This document shows, in pieces, positions 60,152 through 64,000 of a DNA stretch of 64,000 nt. The stretch spans positions 1,388,676 through 1,452,675 of the forward strand of contig JAIZWL010000001.1 of the NCBI GenBank assembly GCA_021498125.1, in the 5' to 3' direction. Numbering within the stretch: position 1 is the stretch's first letter; every line of letters starts with the position of its first letter. Below the pieces are notes generated by a model that did not search any database, had not been told where the DNA came from, and worked only from the letters and a program-made list of their open reading frames with translations. The stretch is from Candidatus Thorarchaeota archaeon (GTDB lineage: Archaea > Asgardarchaeota > Thorarchaeia > Thorarchaeales > Thorarchaeaceae). The position numbers and the translations under genes are program-made.

Positions 60152-61126
60152 ATGGTCACAGGCTACGAAGTCTCGGATGATGGTACGCTTCAAGAGATCG
60201 ATATCAGTAAGGACACTCTTGATTCCACTCGTGTCTTTTGCGTGGTGGATGATTCGACCCGCAGTATCTATCTCTGGAAGGGTAATCAAGCAGGAATTCG
60301 GAAAAAGTTCATTGGTGCAAGAGTTGCCACCAACCTGCGAACTGAGTACGGCTTTCATTTCAAGGTGCGTCCTGTGGATGAAGGCGAAGAACCTCCAACA
60401 TTTTTCACCGCGCTTGATGGGACTACAACAGCCACACGGGTCATAAAACCTGGGGTATCTGCTCCATCGAAAAGTGTACCTCCACCGACACCGCCCAAGA
60501 AGCCCAAAGCCGTGTCCGCATCTACTTCGACTGCCTCTCCTGCAGCGAGTACTACTGCTCCCCCGCCTACACCGCCCAAGAAGACCACTACTGCTCCCCC
60601 ACCGACACCACCTAAGAAGACCACTACTGTTCCCCCGACAAAACCTCCCAAAACAACAGCTCGATCGGCCTCGGCAGCATCTGCTTCAGTCGCGGCCAGT
60701 TCCGGAGTTGGAGCTGTCAGTGATGCTGAGATACAGGCGATGATTCATGAGTTGGAGGAGACGGCTCCTCCCGAGGGTTATCGGCGTGAGCTATTGATCG
60801 TCTATAATCGGCTCTACACTGTGACGGAACGCAGGACCTCCATCTTCGGGCAAGAAAAAATCGAACGTAAATTCGAGCTTGTGAAGGATCCTCCAGAGGG
60901 GACCTTTATGGCTGAGGGATTCATTCCCCGTGTCATAGTCAAGGACGGAATGATTCTGGGGATCGAACTTCTGAAAGGCACACCGGATGCGATTCTAAGT
61001 CCTATTAAGACGGAGATGAAAGAGCGGCTCAGTGATCTCATTAGTTTCTTCAAGAGTGAGGTTGAGGCCGAAGAGGCACCGGTCAAGCCAAAGACAAAAC
61101 GTAAGAGGAAGCTTGTGGCCAAATAA
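60152..61126 (+). CDS. Gelsolin-domain protein with polyproline (PPPTPPKK) repeats and C-terminal domain of unknown function
   Basis: The N-terminal about-100-aa aligns to the gelsolin-homology core (RVFCVVDDSTRSIYLWKGNQAGIRKKFIGARVATNLRTEYGFHFKVRPVDEGEEPPTFFTAL vs gelsolin G1 YVILKT...[50 protein letters not shown]). A Pro/Thr/Ala-rich linker carries three PPPTPPKK(T/P) motifs. A 140-aa C-terminal domain and the basic tail KPKTKRKRKLVAK follow. Confidence 0.6.
   Translation: MVTGYEVSDDGTLQEIDISKDTLDSTRVFCVVDDSTRSIYLWKGNQAGIRKKFIGARVATNLRTEYGFHFKVRPVDEGEEPPTFFTALDGTTTATRVIKPGVSAPSKSVPPPTPPKKPKAVSASTSTASPAASTTAPPPTPPKKTTTAPPPTPPKKTTTVPPTKPPKTTARSASAASASVAASSGVGAVSDAEIQAMIHELEETAPPEGYRRELLIVYNRLYTVTERRTSIFGQEKIERKFELVKDPPEGTFMAEGFIPRVIVKDGMILGIELLKGTPDAILSPIKTEMKERLSDLISFFKSEVEAEEAPVKPKTKRKRKLVAK
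60559..60630 (+). repeat. Tandem 36-nt repeat encoding PPPTPPKKTTTA x2 (a third, degenerate copy lies at about 60478-60501)
   Basis: cccccgcctacaccgcccaagaagaccactactgct is followed by cccccaccgacaccacctaagaagaccactactgtt. Confidence 0.8.
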
Positions 61127-61182
61127 TCAATGACCATTTATCCCCTCATTATTCATAAGTCTACAAATGAACAAGTTATTTA

Positions 61183-61614
61183 ATGCCTCTCGCATTGAGA
61201 GGAATGACCTACGGAGGAGCGAACATGTCCATTCAACTGGATCCCGCAAAGGAAAAGGAACTTATTGAACTCTTAATGGGACTCACTGACGTTGCAGACC
61301 TTGATGCGATTGCAGTAGTCAGTAGACAAGGTGTGAAGATCTCTTATTTTGCCACTGAAGACTCTGATGCAGACCCGGACCTCATGGCTGCTGTTAGTGC
61401 AGCATTGTTGGTTCAGGGTGAGATGGCAGCCCAGCGTCTTGGGCTTAATGATCTGTATGAGGTTGTCATTCGCGGAGAGTCTGGGTTTGTTGTATTATCC
61501 CAGGCTGGTGATTTTCTAGTCATGGGCTCTGCTAAAGACATCACCTCCATGGGTCTTGCAGTCACTCAGATGCGACGGTATGCGCGTGAAATCGGCGCAC
61601 TTCTATCCGGATGA
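61183..61614 (+). CDS. Roadblock/LC7 (MglB-like, longin-fold) domain protein
   Basis: LMGLTDVADLDAIAVVSRQGVKISYFATEDSDADPDLMAAVSAALLVQGEMAAQRLGLNDLYEVVIRGESGFVVLSQAGDFLVMGSAKDI matches the Roadblock consensus (alpha-beta-beta-alpha-beta, ...dG..ia....ae..aa..a.l....lg.g.l....ie.e.g.l.l...g...L.v...). The start may be the Met at 61207 or 61228. Confidence 0.65.
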   Translation: MPLALRGMTYGGANMSIQLDPAKEKELIELLMGLTDVADLDAIAVVSRQGVKISYFATEDSDADPDLMAAVSAALLVQGEMAAQRLGLNDLYEVVIRGESGFVVLSQAGDFLVMGSAKDITSMGLAVTQMRRYAREIGALLSG

Positions 61615-61714
61615 TCTCGGTTCGTTCTGTTGAACCATTACTCTGGCATGAATTTACACATGTCGAAAACCAGATATAGGCCGTTGCCCGGCTCCCAGAG
61701 TCGGAGTTGACGTA

Positions 61715-62917
61715 ATGCAATCACGAATAACCGCACGAGCGGCGAATCTCAGATATGCGATCCGTGACATTGTTGTTGCTGCACGAGCCTACCAACAACG
61801 TACTGGTGACACTCCTCTCTATCTCAATATTGGGGATCCGATCAAGTATGACTGGAAGACTCCCGACTTCATGATTGAAGCTCTCTGTAATGCTGCACGC
61901 GAAGGCGCAAGCTATTATTCTCCTTCTGACGGTCTGCCTGAATTAAAAGAGGCTGCTGTGGAGAAAGAGAAGCGGGTGAATGGGATTGATATTGATGCAG
62001 AGCGGATCATTGTGACCGCCGGAATCTCTGAGGCGATTCAATTTCTTGCTGGTGCATTGGTCAATTCCGGGTCGGAGTTCTTGGTTCCGGGCCCTGCCTA
62101 TCCGCCATACATATCCTACGTCTCATTTTTCGGTGGAACCCCAGTGACCTATCATACCATCGAGGAGGAAAACTGGAGTCCTGATGTGGATGACCTGCGG
62201 AAGAAGATCAATGACAAGACGGCCGGTATTCTGGTCATAAACCCCAACAATCCTACTGGTGCAGTCTACGATGCAAAGACCCTACGCGAGATTGCAAATC
62301 TGGCTGGCGAGTATGGCCTGCCTCTGGTCTCAGACGAGATATACGACCAGCTCACCTACGATAAGGACACAACTCCCATGGTAAAAGTTGCAGGAGATAT
62401 TCCTGTCATCGGATTCAATGGGATCAGCAAGGTGTACCTCGCTCCGGGCTGGCGTGTTGGGTATGTGTACTTCCATGATCAGGACGGCGAACTTGACCCG
62501 ATTCGTGATGCAATGATGCGTCAGGCCAGAATCAGGATCTGTGTCAATGCTCCTGCCCAATGGGCCGCCATTGCAGCTCTCAAGAGCAGTGGCCCTCATC
62601 TCAAGGATATGATGCATCGTCTGCGAGAGCGACGAGACCTCATCTGGAAACGGCTCAATGAGATCGATTCTGTATCATCTCAGCTTCCAGAGGCCGCATT
62701 CTATATTATGCCCAAGATAGATCTACGCGGGCGTTGGGCCAATGACACGGAGTTCGTGCTTGATGTTCTCAATTCGACTGGTGTTGTCTTTGTACCTGGT
62801 TCGGGATTCGATCCTCATTATGGTGCATCTCATTTCAGAAGCGTCTTTCTCCCGCCTCCGGAGATGATCGGTGAGGCAATGGACCGTCTTGACGACTTCA
62901 TGTCGAAAAAGAAATAG
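61715..62917 (+). CDS. Pyridoxal-phosphate-dependent aminotransferase, class I (aspartate/alanine aminotransferase-like)
   Basis: The ILVINPNNPTGAVY motif and the PLP-lysine region FNGISKVYLAPGWRVGY. 400 aa. Confidence 0.85.
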   Translation: MQSRITARAANLRYAIRDIVVAARAYQQRTGDTPLYLNIGDPIKYDWKTPDFMIEALCNAAREGASYYSPSDGLPELKEAAVEKEKRVNGIDIDAERIIVTAGISEAIQFLAGALVNSGSEFLVPGPAYPPYISYVSFFGGTPVTYHTIEEENWSPDVDDLRKKINDKTAGILVINPNNPTGAVYDAKTLREIANLAGEYGLPLVSDEIYDQLTYDKDTTPMVKVAGDIPVIGFNGISKVYLAPGWRVGYVYFHDQDGELDPIRDAMMRQARIRICVNAPAQWAAIAALKSSGPHLKDMMHRLRERRDLIWKRLNEIDSVSSQLPEAAFYIMPKIDLRGRWANDTEFVLDVLNSTGVVFVPGSGFDPHYGASHFRSVFLPPPEMIGEAMDRLDDFMSKKK

Positions 62918-62927
62918 GGGCCGAGAA

Positions 62928-63986
62928 TTATAGCTCGGCCTTCTTTTGTTCCATCAGATTTCCAATGTCTGACTTGAGATTCTGTATGGTCTCTTTTGTG
63001 AGGCGTACTTTGTCAGGGATAGATGCATGGGTCCCCGGTTGAAGGGCTGGGGCCGTGGTCATCCTCTCAAGTTCTGTCCGCAATTCACTGATCTTGGAGG
63101 TGATCGCCTCCACAGATTTTCTCACCTGAGTTCGTCTTGTCGCCTCTGCTGGATCGTCAGTTGTAGATGCTGTTGGTAGAAGACCATATACTTTATCGAT
63201 CTCCGCCTTAACGTCGGAGAGCTTTTGTCTGAGGCCCGCTACATCGTCCACTACGCTCTTCAAGTCCGCGACCAGTCTGTCCCATTCTGTAACGACATCT
63301 CCCACTTGTGATTCTATCTCACCGCTGCTCTTGTCGAGTCTACGTGTGAGTTCCTCTTGCAGACTGATGATCACTCCTCGTGCGTAGGTCTTTTGTGCCT
63401 CCTCTCTGGAGGTCTGTAGTCTCTTGGCCATCTCCTCGTCACCCATGAGATTGTCTACAACATCGACCATCTCATTGATGACATTGATCCGAGCTCTGGC
63501 CGCATCGAGTTCTTTGTTCTGAATCTCTTCGCGCGCCTTAGTCAGCGTAGCAGATAATCCATCTATGAGGCGTAGAATAGGTTCTTGTTCAAGATCGGAG
63601 GTCGCCACAGTATCTTTCAACAGGCTGATTCTTCCATCGGAGACATCAGCATCATGTTGGAGTTTCTCTGTGACTTTGTAATCTCGTAATACGAACGTTC
63701 CCGGTCCGGCCTGTAAGCTATACTCGGTGTTTAGCATATCGGCATATGTGCCCCTGACAAGCACTTGGTATTCTTTGGCACCCATCAGGGTCTCGTCCGC
63801 AGCCTTCGCTTTGATCTCAAGTGTGATCTGTTGGCCTGCTGCAACGGTACCCAGTGCTTTGATCTTGTCACCAGCTGATAGTTTGAGACCCTCGTCAAGA
63901 ACCCATTCGAGTTTCAACTGCAATGCATCACCGTCGCCATCATTCTTAATGACGACCTGCAGCGGGAACTCTTCACTAAAGGTCAT
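62928..63986 (-). CDS. Coiled-coil protein with N-terminal beta-rich domain; possibly 5'-extended beyond the window
   Basis: The N-terminal about-110-aa look beta-sandwich-like. Long heptad-rich helical segments follow (EEIQNKELDAARARINVINEMVDVVDNLMGDEEMAKRLQ...). There is no stop between the Met at 63986 and the window end. Confidence 0.45.
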   Translation of the reverse strand: MTFSEEFPLQVVIKNDGDGDALQLKLEWVLDEGLKLSAGDKIKALGTVAAGQQITLEIKAKAADETLMGAKEYQVLVRGTYADMLNTEYSLQAGPGTFVLRDYKVTEKLQHDADVSDGRISLLKDTVATSDLEQEPILRLIDGLSATLTKAREEIQNKELDAARARINVINEMVDVVDNLMGDEEMAKRLQTSREEAQKTYARGVIISLQEELTRRLDKSSGEIESQVGDVVTEWDRLVADLKSVVDDVAGLRQKLSDVKAEIDKVYGLLPTASTTDDPAEATRRTQVRKSVEAITSKISELRTELERMTTAPALQPGTHASIPDKVRLTKETIQNLKSDIGNLMEQKKAEL

Positions 63987-64000
63987 GTCAACAGGAAGAT

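Noticed and set aside
60355-60651. 98-aa Gly/Val-rich ORF on the minus strand
   Set aside because: It is the antisense reading of the Pro/Thr-rich linker of the gelsolin-domain gene, so it is repeat-driven and not an independent gene. The same applies to 30230-30466 (poly-Val antisense of poly-Thr) and 32254-32484 (poly-Pro antisense of the Gly-rich SPFH tail).
1-64000. CRISPR arrays, IS elements/transposases, integrases, prophage genes
   Set aside because: No direct-repeat/spacer periodicity and no DDE/tyrosine-recombinase-like proteins were recognised in any frame. The window looks like stable chromosome with accessory surface and defense-like insertions rather than a mobile element.

Overview
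The window reads as a chromosomal segment of an archaeon. Supporting genes are a group II chaperonin (thermosome), an archaeal-type S-adenosylmethionine synthetase, an archaeal/eukaryotic-type TrpRS with the 'AIDQDPYWR' signature, an Rpo6/RpoK subunit, and UvrA-UvrC. Four further genes suggest an Asgard-like lineage: a gelsolin-domain protein with PPPTPPKK polyproline tracts, an adjacent Roadblock/LC7 protein, RpoK with a eukaryote-like acidic N-terminal extension, and many Thr-linker/N-x-T-rich surface proteins. The lineage call is inference only. Coding density is high and both strands are used. Housekeeping genes: uvrA (5'-truncated) overlapping uvrC, trpS, mat, thermosome, hisS, rpoK, a Fap7-like kinase and GNAT acetyltransferases. 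Transport genes: an APC permease, an NhaP-type antiporter, an MFS transporter and an ABC importer with a divergent ThiR-like HTH regulator. Redox/cofactor genes: a 2x[4Fe-4S] ferredoxin, a flavodiiron protein and heme O synthase CtaB. Accessory content includes three very large N-glycosylation-sequon-rich surface proteins with poly-Thr stalks encoded by exact DNA tandem repeats, and a secreted two-HKD PLD-family enzyme. It also includes an SPFH (Band_7_1-like) protein with a duplicated zinc-ribbon, next to an 867-aa Eco57I-like gamma-class N6-adenine methyltransferase whose ~290-aa N-terminus is unassigned. Other accessory genes are a polyprenyl-synthase paralog with a degenerate Asp-rich motif, an RHH protein with 21-bp-phased operator-like repeats, and an HTH-CBS regulator divergent from the SAM synthetase gene with a perfect palindrome between them. 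No rRNA, CRISPR array, transposase or integrase was recognised. No tRNA could be confirmed by eye.
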